Positions 33,171-41,847 of a stretch of 64,000 nucleotides of DNA are shown piece by piece. The notes under the pieces were generated by a model that saw only the letters and a list, made by a program, of their open reading frames with translations, had not been told where the DNA came from and searched no databases. The position numbers and the translations under genes were made by a program. The stretch is taken from positions 13,166-77,165 of the forward strand of contig JAGVNJ010000006.1 of NCBI GenBank assembly GCA_020053305.1, given 5' to 3'. The stretch is from Candidatus Edwardsbacteria bacterium (GTDB lineage: Bacteria > Edwardsbacteria > AC1 > EtOH8). Position 1 is the first letter of the stretch. The number at the start of each line of letters is the position of its first letter.

Positions 33171-35816
33171 TCAAGATATTCTCACTTCGCCGCTGTTCCC
33201 GTCCACCGTGATCTCGTCCCCGTCCCTTATCTCCTTGGTCGCAGCATTCACCCCCACCACCGCCGGAATGCCGTACTCCCTGGCCACGATGGCTCCGTGG
33301 CACAGCGCCCCGCCCACCTCCATCACCAGGGCCTTGGCCAGCAAAAACAGCGGGGCCCAGCCCGGCTCGGTATAGGGCGCTACCAGGATCTCGCCCTTTT
33401 TGAAAAGGTGGGCCTGCGAAGGATCCCGGATGATCCGGGCTCTGCCGGTGGCCCGGCCCGAAGAGGCACCGACCCCGCGCAGGACATTCCCTTCCTGGGC
33501 TTTTTTATTGGTGTCCCGCCACTGCCGACCGTCGCTGCGGATGATGAACGGCGGATCGGAATCCACCTGGCTCTGCCAATCGTCTTTTCTTTTTTTAATG
33601 AATGCTTTTATATTTTCGACGTCCGGAAACCGGCCGTTCTCGATATCTTTTATCTCGCTCACCGTCAGATAGAAAATATCCTGCCGGTCATCCAGCAGTC
33701 CCTTTTCACAATAGCGGCGGCCGATCTCCAGCACGATCCGGCGGCTGCCGGGAAAGCACCGTATCCCGTAATATTTCTCGTTCTCCCGCAGGGGCAGGCA
33801 GTCGTGAATCACATCCGCCATTTTCTGAAAAAGCCATCGCCTGACAGGAAATATTCTGTCCACTGGACTTTTAGACAGGCGTTCTTTGGCGGTTTTTATC
33901 AACTCCTGACGTTTGGCCACCGACAATTCGAACTGTTTAACCGGATCGATGTCGTCCGGGCCGAATTGCAGATAGTTCTTTATCATCTGGTAAACATAGC
34001 TGCGGTCCTCCCCCCAGCTGGGATAGCCCATGTCCAAATCCTTCATGCCCCGGTGGCCGTACCTCTCCAAAAATCCGTGGACCCTTTTCAGATACTCAAT
34101 GCCGTCTTTGGTCGGCTTCAAATTGCTTTCGATCTTTTCCACATCCTCAACATTCGACCGGCGGAAAATATCGCTGACAGTTTCCGGCATCCGCGAAAGC
34201 TTGAAGAGCTCCAGGGCCGCCTCGGTGGCCTTGTTCCCCTTGATGCCGATCATCAGGTCCTCGTATCTGAAACCGGGCCATTCGCCGGTCAGCCGCTTGA
34301 TGACATCAAATGCTATAATGGCCTTGCCGGCGATGAACAGCAGGGGGAAGGCATACCGGGCGGTGACGAACCCGAACAGCCGGGCCTCCTCCAGCAGGTC
34401 CAGGTTGGACTTTCCCTCCAAGGGAGTGGCATCATACCGGTCGGCTAAAACCCAGTATTCGTCGCATTGCCGGTAGATCTGTTTCAGGCTCATGAACCAG
34501 GGGAACCTCAGATAGCAATTTAGGGCGGTGGCCGCGACGGTCATCTTCTGCCAAGGATTTATCGGCAATACCGCCGGCTGCAGATCTCCGTTATGATAGG
34601 CCTTTTCGAAAAAGACCGTGGCCTCGTGGTCTATCCGTCCCATGATGGGCCGCATGATCCTGCGAAATAACGGGTGGCCATAGAGCAGGTTCATGTTCCA
34701 GTAGGTGCGCCCGTTCACTAGGTCGATGATGTGGCTGTAATGATATATCGGTGATCCTGGGTCCATTCCCCAGATGGCCTGGTTGATGGCCGGGACCAGA
34801 AAATCGTTGAAGAACGACCAGCTGAGTGGCTTTAAAGGATAGGGCATGTTCTCCCGGGTGTTCCAGTTGGACCAGTAGACCGGCGTATTTTTAAGGATCT
34901 CCCGGGTGGCGGTATTTCCCCAGATGACCGGGAACGGCGGTTGGCCGTTTTTTGACGCCGTGATGTTGCGCGACTGCAGGATGTAAATTTTATCTTTATA
35001 AAAAGCCCATTCTATATCCTGGGGACAACCGAACAGCTTTTCTATCTTCAGAGCAATTCCGGTTAATTCCTTTATCCTATAGTCCGGCAACAACTGCTGG
35101 TTGCCAGACAGATCCCTTTCTATTTTCAAAGAGCCTTTGTTGATGGTATATTGATCGGGGTTGATCTTTCCCGACACCAGCTTCTCTCCCAAGCCCCCGG
35201 CCGCGTTGATCTGCATAACATCATTATCACCGGTGGCCGGATCGGCCGTAAAGGCCACCCCTGAAATTTCCGCCGGCACCATCCGCTGGATGATCACTGC
35301 CATGGCGGCATTATCATGTCCAATGCCGTTCTTCTCCCGATAAATGATGGCCCTCTCCGACCATAATGAGGCCCAGCATTTTATTATTGCCGTTAAGAGA
35401 CCATCCGCACCTTTTATATTGAGATAGCTCTCGTATTGTCCGGCAAATGAAAGGCCGGGCAGGTCCTCGGCCGTGGCCGACGAGCGGACCGCCAGCAGGT
35501 CGGCATCATTGAAAAGCGATCTATATTTATTTTTTATTTCCCCGGCTATTTCATCGGGAAAGGATATTTTGTCGAATAATACGGATATGGCACAAGCAAT
35601 GTCTCGGACTTTTTCCGCATGACCCGGATCAATGTTCTTTAAAAGATCCCCCAGTTCTTTATCTTTATGTCCCGGAACCAGGGCCTGCCGGTAAGCCTCG
35701 GTGGTCAGGCAAAATCCGTCCGGGACATTGAACCCCGAAGACATCAGCCGGGCCAGGTTTGCCGCCTTGTTGCCGACCCTTGACAGGTCCTTGGCCGTAA
35801 TATTTATGATGTCCAT
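33171..35816 (-). CDS. PEP/pyruvate-binding plus PEP-utilising mobile-domain phosphotransferase (pyruvate,water dikinase family; rifampin-phosphotransferase-like architecture)
   Basis: N-terminal LSRVGNKAANLARL...FAGQYESYLN (ATP-grasp), C-terminal GGALCHGAIVAREYGIPAVVG (phospho-His swivel). Start placed at MDIINITAKDL (35816), because the upstream ATG lies inside the neighbouring GNAT coding sequence. Confidence 0.8.
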   Translation of the reverse strand: MDIINITAKDLSRVGNKAANLARLMSSGFNVPDGFCLTTEAYRQALVPGHKDKELGDLLKNIDPGHAEKVRDIACAISVLFDKISFPDEIAGEIKNKYRSLFNDADLLAVRSSATAEDLPGLSFAGQYESYLNIKGADGLLTAIIKCWASLWSERAIIYREKNGIGHDNAAMAVIIQRMVPAEISGVAFTADPATGDNDVMQINAAGGLGEKLVSGKINPDQYTINKGSLKIERDLSGNQQLLPDYRIKELTGIALKIEKLFGCPQDIEWAFYKDKIYILQSRNITASKNGQPPFPVIWGNTATREILKNTPVYWSNWNTRENMPYPLKPLSWSFFNDFLVPAINQAIWGMDPGSPIYHYSHIIDLVNGRTYWNMNLLYGHPLFRRIMRPIMGRIDHEATVFFEKAYHNGDLQPAVLPINPWQKMTVAATALNCYLRFPWFMSLKQIYRQCDEYWVLADRYDATPLEGKSNLDLLEEARLFGFVTARYAFPLLFIAGKAIIAFDVIKRLTGEWPGFRYEDLMIGIKGNKATEAALELFKLSRMPETVSDIFRRSNVEDVEKIESNLKPTKDGIEYLKRVHGFLERYGHRGMKDLDMGYPSWGEDRSYVYQMIKNYLQFGPDDIDPVKQFELSVAKRQELIKTAKERLSKSPVDRIFPVRRWLFQKMADVIHDCLPLRENEKYYGIRCFPGSRRIVLEIGRRYCEKGLLDDRQDIFYLTVSEIKDIENGRFPDVENIKAFIKKRKDDWQSQVDSDPPFIIRSDGRQWRDTNKKAQEGNVLRGVGASSGRATGRARIIRDPSQAHLFKKGEILVAPYTEPGWAPLFLLAKALVMEVGGALCHGAIVAREYGIPAVVGVNAATKEIRDGDEITVDGNSGEVRIS

Positions 35817-35836
35817 TATCAATTTATTCGCCAAAT

Positions 35837-36376
35837 CTAATTGTTCAACTTCTCCCATTCCGAACGCAGGATGCCCATCATGATCACATCATGATATTTG
35901 CCCTCACGAAACATCTCCTGCCGCCTAATACTCTCTTGCTTAAATCCGCATTTGCTGTAACTTTTAATACCCCGCTGATTGAAATCAAAAACAGATAGTC
36001 TGATTTTGTTTAGATTCATTTCTGTAAAAACAAATTGCATCAGAATCCTCATGGCATCGGTTCCGTAGCCTTTGCCGCGATAGTGTTCCGCACCGATATA
36101 TATACCGACGTCGCCAAAACGGTTCTTCCAATCAACAAAACCAATTCCGCATCCCCCGATATGTCTGGAATCAGCTATTGTCTCAATGGCAAAGGAATAA
36201 GCATCTTTACTTGCGCTGATGTTCTCGTAGAACTTTTCCTCGTCTTCCAACCTTAGAGGAAAGGGCGCTCCAGTCACTAGATTCTTTTTCACATCCGAAT
36301 CGTTTATATATTCCAAAACCCGGGGAATATCATCTTTACGGTAAGCTCTTAAACGTACTATTTTCCCGGCATACAT
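35837..36376 (-). CDS. GNAT N-acetyltransferase (RimJ/RimL-like), tandem paralog 1
   Basis: MYAGKIVRLRAYRKDDIP...YRGKGYGTDAMRILMQFVF. The track ORF's N-terminal 97 aa overlap the next gene and are rejected. Confidence 0.8.
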   Translation of the reverse strand: MYAGKIVRLRAYRKDDIPRVLEYINDSDVKKNLVTGAPFPLRLEDEEKFYENISASKDAYSFAIETIADSRHIGGCGIGFVDWKNRFGDVGIYIGAEHYRGKGYGTDAMRILMQFVFTEMNLNKIRLSVFDFNQRGIKSYSKCGFKQESIRRQEMFREGKYHDVIMMGILRSEWEKLNN

Positions 36377-36381
36377 AATAA

Positions 36382-36912
36382 TCACTTCTCCCATTCCGAA
36401 CGCAGGACGCCCATCATGATCACGTCGTGGTACCGGCCCTCCCGGAATATCTCTTGCCGCAGTGTTCCTTCCTGTTTGAATCCGCATTTCAGGTAACTTT
36501 TGATGGCCCGTTGGTTGAAGGAGAACACCTCCAGCTTGACCTTGTTCATGTTCATCTCGTCGAAGATGAAGCGTAGTAAAACCCTCACGGCATCTCTGCC
36601 ATACCCCTTGCTGCGGTACTGTTCGTCTCCGATGAATATGCCCACCATGGCGCAGCGGTTCTTCCAATCGACCTTGTTTGTCCCGCAGCCTCCGATGTAT
36701 TTCGAGCCGTCCAAAGTTTCGATGGCGAACGAATACATATCCTTGAAGGCGCTCAAGTCATTGAAGAACTTCTCCTCGTCCTCCAGCTTCAGGGGGAAGG
36801 GTATCCCGATCACCAGGTTCTTTTTCACCTCGGGATCGTTGATATATTCCAGAGCCTGCGGAATATCCTCTTTTCGATATGCCCTTAAACGCACCTTCTT
36901 CCCGTCGAACAT
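36382..36912 (-). CDS. GNAT N-acetyltransferase (RimJ/RimL-like), tandem paralog 2
   Basis: MFDGKKVRLRAYRKEDIP...YRSKGYGRDAVRVLLRFIF. Collinear with 35837-36376. Confidence 0.8.
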   Translation of the reverse strand: MFDGKKVRLRAYRKEDIPQALEYINDPEVKKNLVIGIPFPLKLEDEEKFFNDLSAFKDMYSFAIETLDGSKYIGGCGTNKVDWKNRCAMVGIFIGDEQYRSKGYGRDAVRVLLRFIFDEMNMNKVKLEVFSFNQRAIKSYLKCGFKQEGTLRQEIFREGRYHDVIMMGVLRSEWEK

Positions 36913-36933
36913 GAGCCCTCCTTCAATCGGATT

Positions 36934-37410
36934 TTATTTTTTACTTTTGGTTTTTATTTTTTTAACGAAGTGAACATCCCTTCCGGCCTCCCGGTAGCCC
37001 ATGGCCTTATGAGCCCTGTAGCTGCTCATATTACCGACCCAGGTATCCGAGCCCACATGCGAAAAGCCCCGGCTGACCGCCCAGTCCTCGGCCTCATTTA
37101 CCAGCACCCGGCCCACACCCTGCTTGCGGTACTTGGGTTTTACATACCAGCCTTCGAGATAACCAACATTCTGTCGCCCCGCCCCGTCGGCATAGTTGCG
37201 AACCGAGGCCTCAAGGAACCCCATCAAGTCCCCGTCGGGCGATTCTGCCACCCAGGCTGGTTGGTCATTCCTGTCGGCAAGAATCTCCGCTATTTCCTCC
37301 CTGTGTTTTTTAGTCGGACAATCGGGCCACAATGCCCGCCGCATTACAAGCCATTCGAGGAGATCGGCTTTTCCGACCGGCCTGATTCTAATCTTTGATT
37401 TATTATTCAT
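36934..37410 (-). CDS. GNAT acetyltransferase resembling the AAC(6')-I aminoglycoside acetyltransferase pattern
   Basis: RRALWPDCPTKKHREEIAEIL...GFLEASVRNYADG...YLEGWYVKPKYRKQGVGRVL...SDT...N..S...H.AMGY follows the layout of AAC(6')-Iy-type enzymes as recalled. Confidence 0.6.
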   Translation of the reverse strand: MNNKSKIRIRPVGKADLLEWLVMRRALWPDCPTKKHREEIAEILADRNDQPAWVAESPDGDLMGFLEASVRNYADGAGRQNVGYLEGWYVKPKYRKQGVGRVLVNEAEDWAVSRGFSHVGSDTWVGNMSSYRAHKAMGYREAGRDVHFVKKIKTKSKK

Positions 37411-37430
37411 CCCAGTTTGTTATTTAAAGA

Positions 37431-38258
37431 TTATATGCCGTCCAGAAACGATGCGATGGCCACCCAATAACCGCTATCTCCGCTGAGTGAATTATGGTCC
37501 GCCCCGGCAAATTCCCTCACCGTCACCTTCCCGCCCCATTTTTCGGCCAGCTGGTAGGATTGCTGGGGCGGGATGGTCCTGTCCCCGGCGGCAACTATCA
37601 TCAACATGGGCGCTTTTATCTGCGGAGCCCGCTCGATGGAGTTGAACTTGTATTTAAGTATCAGCCCGGCCGGTAACAGCGGGTAATGAACTTTTGCCAG
37701 GGCCTTCAGGCTGGTGTAGGGCGAAACCAGTATTACTGCGTCATATCTTTTGTTTTTTGCCAGATAGGTGGCCACACCGGTGCCGATGCTCCGGCCCATG
37801 ATCGCGATCTTGGGTTCTCTGATATCCGGCCGGCCGATAAAATGATCATATATCTCTATCGCATCGCTATAAAGCGATCTTTCGCTCACCTTCCCTCCGC
37901 TCTGTCCGTATCCCCGGTAGTTGAGCAGGACCAGCGACCAGTCTTTTAATTTTACTGCATCCTCGATCAAATAAGAAACCTCCTCGGCATTGCCGCCGAA
38001 ATAGAACAGGATCTTCGGCCGGCCGGCGGAACTGTTTTTAACGAACCAGCCCTTTAAGATTACTCCGTCTTTCGCCCTCAGACTTATTTCTTCAACATTA
38101 TTGTAGTTCTTCCTTATGCCTTCAACCTCGGCCAGGCTGATCTTCTGGGGGTAAAAGATCATGGTGTCTTGGAAAAAATAAAAGAACACCAGCAACAGGC
38201 ACAATAAAAACAAAAATAGCACCGAAATTTTCAAGACGGACAACAGGGCCGGATTCAT
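37431..38258 (-). CDS. Alpha/beta hydrolase with N-terminal membrane anchor
   Basis: GRSIGTG nucleophile elbow, C-terminal ...GADHNS. 275 aa. Confidence 0.7.
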   Translation of the reverse strand: MNPALLSVLKISVLFLFLLCLLLVFFYFFQDTMIFYPQKISLAEVEGIRKNYNNVEEISLRAKDGVILKGWFVKNSSAGRPKILFYFGGNAEEVSYLIEDAVKLKDWSLVLLNYRGYGQSGGKVSERSLYSDAIEIYDHFIGRPDIREPKIAIMGRSIGTGVATYLAKNKRYDAVILVSPYTSLKALAKVHYPLLPAGLILKYKFNSIERAPQIKAPMLMIVAAGDRTIPPQQSYQLAEKWGGKVTVREFAGADHNSLSGDSGYWVAIASFLDGI

Positions 38259-38313
38259 TATAACAACTCCTCGTCTTTCCGCGCCGGATCACCGACTTTG
38301 TATGGTTTTTAGT

Positions 38314-38859
38314 TCATGATTGGTATTCGGCGGCTAAAATGCCGTAGTGTATTATATCTTCGTACTTGTCCCATTTCTTTATATGCTGGCGCATTTGGCC
38401 TTCCTTTTTCATGCCGATATTCGACATGACTTTCCCCGAGGCCGGATTGCGGCTCAAGTAAGAAGCAAATATCCTGTTAAGCTTGGCCTGCCGGAAACCG
38501 TAAGTCAATACTTTCTTGGCGGCCTCGGTACAATAGCCTTGTCCCCAATACTCTCTGGCGATCCAATAACCCAGTTCGGCTCTTCCATTTTTACCGTCAA
38601 CACCCAAAGAAATGCACCCCATCAGCTGGCTCGAATCCTTCAAAGTAACGGCCCAGGCAACTGAACCGTTCTTTTGGTATTCATCCCGGCGCGTGTTTAT
38701 CCATTTTTCGGCGGCACCCTCTGGATAAGGGTGTGGAATATTTATGGTAGTATCGGCAATCTCGCGGGTTCCAGCCAAACGTTGTACCTCTGGAGCATCA
38801 TCCAGCGTGAAGGGCCGCAATATCAACCGTTCCGTGGTCAATGTTGGCATCAGGTTCAT
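38314..38859 (-). CDS. GNAT N-acetyltransferase (RimJ/RimL-like)
   Basis: TERLILRPFTLDDAPEV...YWGQGYCTEAAKKVLTYGF. Confidence 0.8.
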   Translation of the reverse strand: MNLMPTLTTERLILRPFTLDDAPEVQRLAGTREIADTTINIPHPYPEGAAEKWINTRRDEYQKNGSVAWAVTLKDSSQLMGCISLGVDGKNGRAELGYWIAREYWGQGYCTEAAKKVLTYGFRQAKLNRIFASYLSRNPASGKVMSNIGMKKEGQMRQHIKKWDKYEDIIHYGILAAEYQS

Positions 38860-39221
38860 AGGGCATCAAAATTGTTGGGTTTGTTTTTATCTAAATAGGT
38901 ATGCACCTTGGCGGCGTAGCCGTTCTTTAAGGGAATGGTCAGAAAGAAGAATAATTTGTCACCCATATCAAAATACCCCTTGGTGTTCCTGCGCTCTTTC
39001 TGGGAGATTTTTAACGGACATCCGGCATGGGGTTTCCCGGCGGCGGTGATGTCAAAACATCTCTTCCCGACGATCTCCCCGGACTCTTTGAACTCATCCC
39101 CGAAACGCTTATTATGCCAGACGATCTTCATGTCCTTGTCAAGTATCATCACCGCCAGGTGGGGCGAATTCAACAGAGAATCCTTCAGCTCACCGAGCAG
39201 TTCATTGATCCTGTTATCCAT
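38856..39221 (-). CDS. Small hypothetical protein, possibly a PAS-like fold
   Basis: AVMILDKDMKIVWHNKRFGDEF...GKRCFD resembles a PAS N-cap and core. Weak call. Its stop overlaps the downstream GNAT start. Confidence 0.4.
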   Translation of the reverse strand: MDNRINELLGELKDSLLNSPHLAVMILDKDMKIVWHNKRFGDEFKESGEIVGKRCFDITAAGKPHAGCPLKISQKERRNTKGYFDMGDKLFFFLTIPLKNGYAAKVHTYLDKNKPNNFDAL

Positions 39222-39335
39222 GCAACTCCTTTATTGTAAAATCGCCTCAGATATCATAGGCTATCATATTCGAAGCGCAAAAAGCAAGCCGAAATTTGGC
39301 TTGCTTTCGCTTTGGTTTAATAATCCGGGCGCAGC

Positions 39336-40109
39336 CTATCGGAACTTCCGAAAAGCCCTGTAGGCCAGGGATACCGCCATGAACCCCAGTATCAAACCGC
39401 TCAGGAATGAGACACCGTAATGCTCGAAAAACCCGATCCCCGGGCGGCCCCGTACCTGAATAGTGCGCAGGACCGTGATGGCTACCGCCAAGACCAGGCC
39501 GGAACCCCAATAAGTCCATTTAAGAATGGGAGCGATTTTCTTAACCTTCCCAGAACTGCCGGGTTTGAACTTTAAAAAATAATAGAGGATCACCCCGAAG
39601 CCGATGGCAGTGACGGTAAGATGAATGATGTTGTGAGCCGGTATGTCATGGACCGCTCCGAAAATACGGAGGGTAAAAAGATGCTTGGCCAGGAAGGGCG
39701 CCGCTTTCCGGAATAAATGCAAGGGGTGGGTAAAAGCGTCCAGGAAAAAATGGGTCAGCATGCCGACCAGGGCGGAATAGGTGAAGACTAGGAAATTCCT
39801 GGGCGTTGCTATGGACCATTTATCATCGGCCATTGAATAAAAACGGCTGCCCAGGGATTCCGGCAGACAATGTATCAGAGGTTTTTTTACCACATAATGG
39901 AACAGCACCGCCGTCAGGAACACCAGCGGCAGGTTGAAATACAGCGATCCCAGCAGGGTGTGGCCCGGCCCCCGCAGCGGATAGAAGCGAATAAAGAACT
40001 CGAAATCCGGGGCCATGCTGCCCACCACCAGGGCGGTCAGGCTGAAATATTTCGGCCATCTGGCCTTGATGGGCAGGACCAGGGCTGGATGTGCGGCGGT
40101 AAATGGCAT
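39336..40109 (-). CDS. DUF4184-like polytopic membrane protein
   Basis: N-terminus MPFTAAHPALVLPIK...GSMAPDFEFF, recalled as typical of the DUF4184 family. Confidence 0.55.
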   Translation of the reverse strand: MPFTAAHPALVLPIKARWPKYFSLTALVVGSMAPDFEFFIRFYPLRGPGHTLLGSLYFNLPLVFLTAVLFHYVVKKPLIHCLPESLGSRFYSMADDKWSIATPRNFLVFTYSALVGMLTHFFLDAFTHPLHLFRKAAPFLAKHLFTLRIFGAVHDIPAHNIIHLTVTAIGFGVILYYFLKFKPGSSGKVKKIAPILKWTYWGSGLVLAVAITVLRTIQVRGRPGIGFFEHYGVSFLSGLILGFMAVSLAYRAFRKFR

Positions 40110-40237
40110 TGATTATGCAGTTTAAAGAAAATAATAATGATGGTTGGTTACTAAGGCTTGGCCCGGATCGGAAGAAAACAACTATCTGCGATAAAAATAT
40201 CCGCTGATAACTAATAACGAACAACTATCATCTATTG

Positions 40238-41596
40238 TCATTTCCCGATACAGAATTTTTCGAATATGCGGTTCAGAACATCCTCGCCGATGGTCTGTCC
40301 GGTTATCTGGCCCAAGGCTTCAATTGCCGCTTTTAAATCGCTGGCCAACAGCTCATAGGACAGTTTCTGTTCCAGGCTGCTTTTCACGGTTTCCAAATGT
40401 TTCAGACACTCCTCCATCAACTGCACCTGTCGGGCATTGGCCGCCGCCGCGGCCCCGGGATCTATGCCCTGCCCGTCGGTCAATTTTGACACTAACGATT
40501 TTTCCAGTTCCGAAAGGCCTTCTTCGGTAACGGCCGAGATCCTCAGCCATGATTGATCGAATTTATTATTGGAATATTGAGGTCCATCGCATTTATTGAC
40601 CAGCACCAGCCGGGCGTATTTCCCTGTCTCGGCAATAAGTGTTTCATCCTCGCCCGTAATTTGCGCGGTGCCGTCCAGCACCAACAAAACCAGATCGGCC
40701 TGCTCCAGCTTGCCCCTGGCCCGGCTGATGCCGTGAGCCTCGATCTTATCGAGAGTGTCCCTGAGACCGGCGGTATCGAACAATCGGATGGGGATGCCGC
40801 GGACGTCTATCCAGCCCTCCAGCACGTCGCGGGTGGTGCCTGGCGTCTCGGTGACGATGGCTTTTTCCTCTTTGAGCAACATGTTGAACAGGCTGGATTT
40901 GCCAACGTTGGGCTTCCCGGCTATCACCACCCTGGCTCCATCTTTTAGAACCAGGGCGGCCCGACTGCCTTTTAATAATTGCTTGACCTGGCTCTCCGTC
41001 AGGTCAATTTTTTGAACGAGGGCCCTCGAATCTGCCGGGGGAATATCCTCCTCGGGAAAGTCTATCATGGATTCCACCAAGGCGGCCGCATCCAGCAGGC
41101 TCTCCCTGACGGCGGCCACCTTGCGGGAAAGCCCTCCGGAAAGCCGTTCCAGCGCGGCCCGGGCTGCGGCTCCGGTCTTGGCATTAATGATATCGCACAC
41201 CGCCTCGGCCTGGGCCAGGTCTATCCGGCCGTTAAGAAAAGCCCGTAACGAGAACTCTCCCGGCCGGGCCGGCCGGGCGCCGGACGCCAGGACCGCCTCC
41301 AGCACCGCGCCGGCCGATGCCGCACCCCCGTGGCAGGTGATCTCCACCATCTCCTCGGCGGTAAAGGAATGCGGCGGCCTTAAAACCGCCAGCATGGCCT
41401 CGTCAAGCTGAGCGCCTCCGGCATCAACAATATGTCCGTAATGTAGCATATGGCTTTCCATGGCCGATGGTCTTACCTTCCCGGAAAAAACAGCCTCGCC
41501 GATATTGATCGAATCCGGCCCTGATATCCTGACCATGGCCAGGGCGGCCGGCCCCGTGCCGGTGGCTATGGCGGCTATGGTATCGTTTATTTTCAT
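40238..41596 (-). CDS. mnmE: tRNA uridine-5-carboxymethylaminomethyl modification GTPase
   Basis: DTIAAIATGTG...VRISG, G-domain GKPNVGKSSLFN / DTAGLR / NKCD, C-terminal CIGK. Confidence 0.95.
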   Translation of the reverse strand: MKINDTIAAIATGTGPAALAMVRISGPDSINIGEAVFSGKVRPSAMESHMLHYGHIVDAGGAQLDEAMLAVLRPPHSFTAEEMVEITCHGGAASAGAVLEAVLASGARPARPGEFSLRAFLNGRIDLAQAEAVCDIINAKTGAAARAALERLSGGLSRKVAAVRESLLDAAALVESMIDFPEEDIPPADSRALVQKIDLTESQVKQLLKGSRAALVLKDGARVVIAGKPNVGKSSLFNMLLKEEKAIVTETPGTTRDVLEGWIDVRGIPIRLFDTAGLRDTLDKIEAHGISRARGKLEQADLVLLVLDGTAQITGEDETLIAETGKYARLVLVNKCDGPQYSNNKFDQSWLRISAVTEEGLSELEKSLVSKLTDGQGIDPGAAAAANARQVQLMEECLKHLETVKSSLEQKLSYELLASDLKAAIEALGQITGQTIGEDVLNRIFEKFCIGK

Positions 41597-41730
41597 AATT
41601 CTTCTTAATAGATCATAGATCCCGGTAAAGGGTAAGAATACTAAAACCTGGGCTTAAAATCAAGGAATTAATATCTGCTCCTTTAAAAACGCAAGTTCTT
41701 ATTATTAAGCAATTTATTTTATCAATAATA

Positions 41731-41760
41731 TTGACATTTATTGCCTGAATGTGCTAATCT
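41731..41760 (+). promoter_or_regulatory. Candidate sigma70-type promoter (TTGACA, 18-nt spacer, extended TGcTAATCT)
   Basis: TTGACA at 41731-41736 and TG-n-TAATCT at 41752-41760, about 90 nt upstream of the 41848 gene. Confidence 0.45.
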
Positions 41761-41847
41761 ATGATATTGGGGTTGTAGTATTTTATGTAATTTTTCCATA
41801 CAATCCAACGGAGCATTTGTCCCTCAATCCCTTCTTGGAGACGGACC

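Noticed and set aside
30799-33303. ORFs 30799-31020 and 33076-33303 (shared DKGRGRDHGGREQR.SENILNKAGEN)
   Set aside because: They are out-of-frame readings of the duplicated 3' end of the PEP-utilising gene and the spacer. The first is a chimera with the queF 5' fragment. They are duplication scars, not genes.
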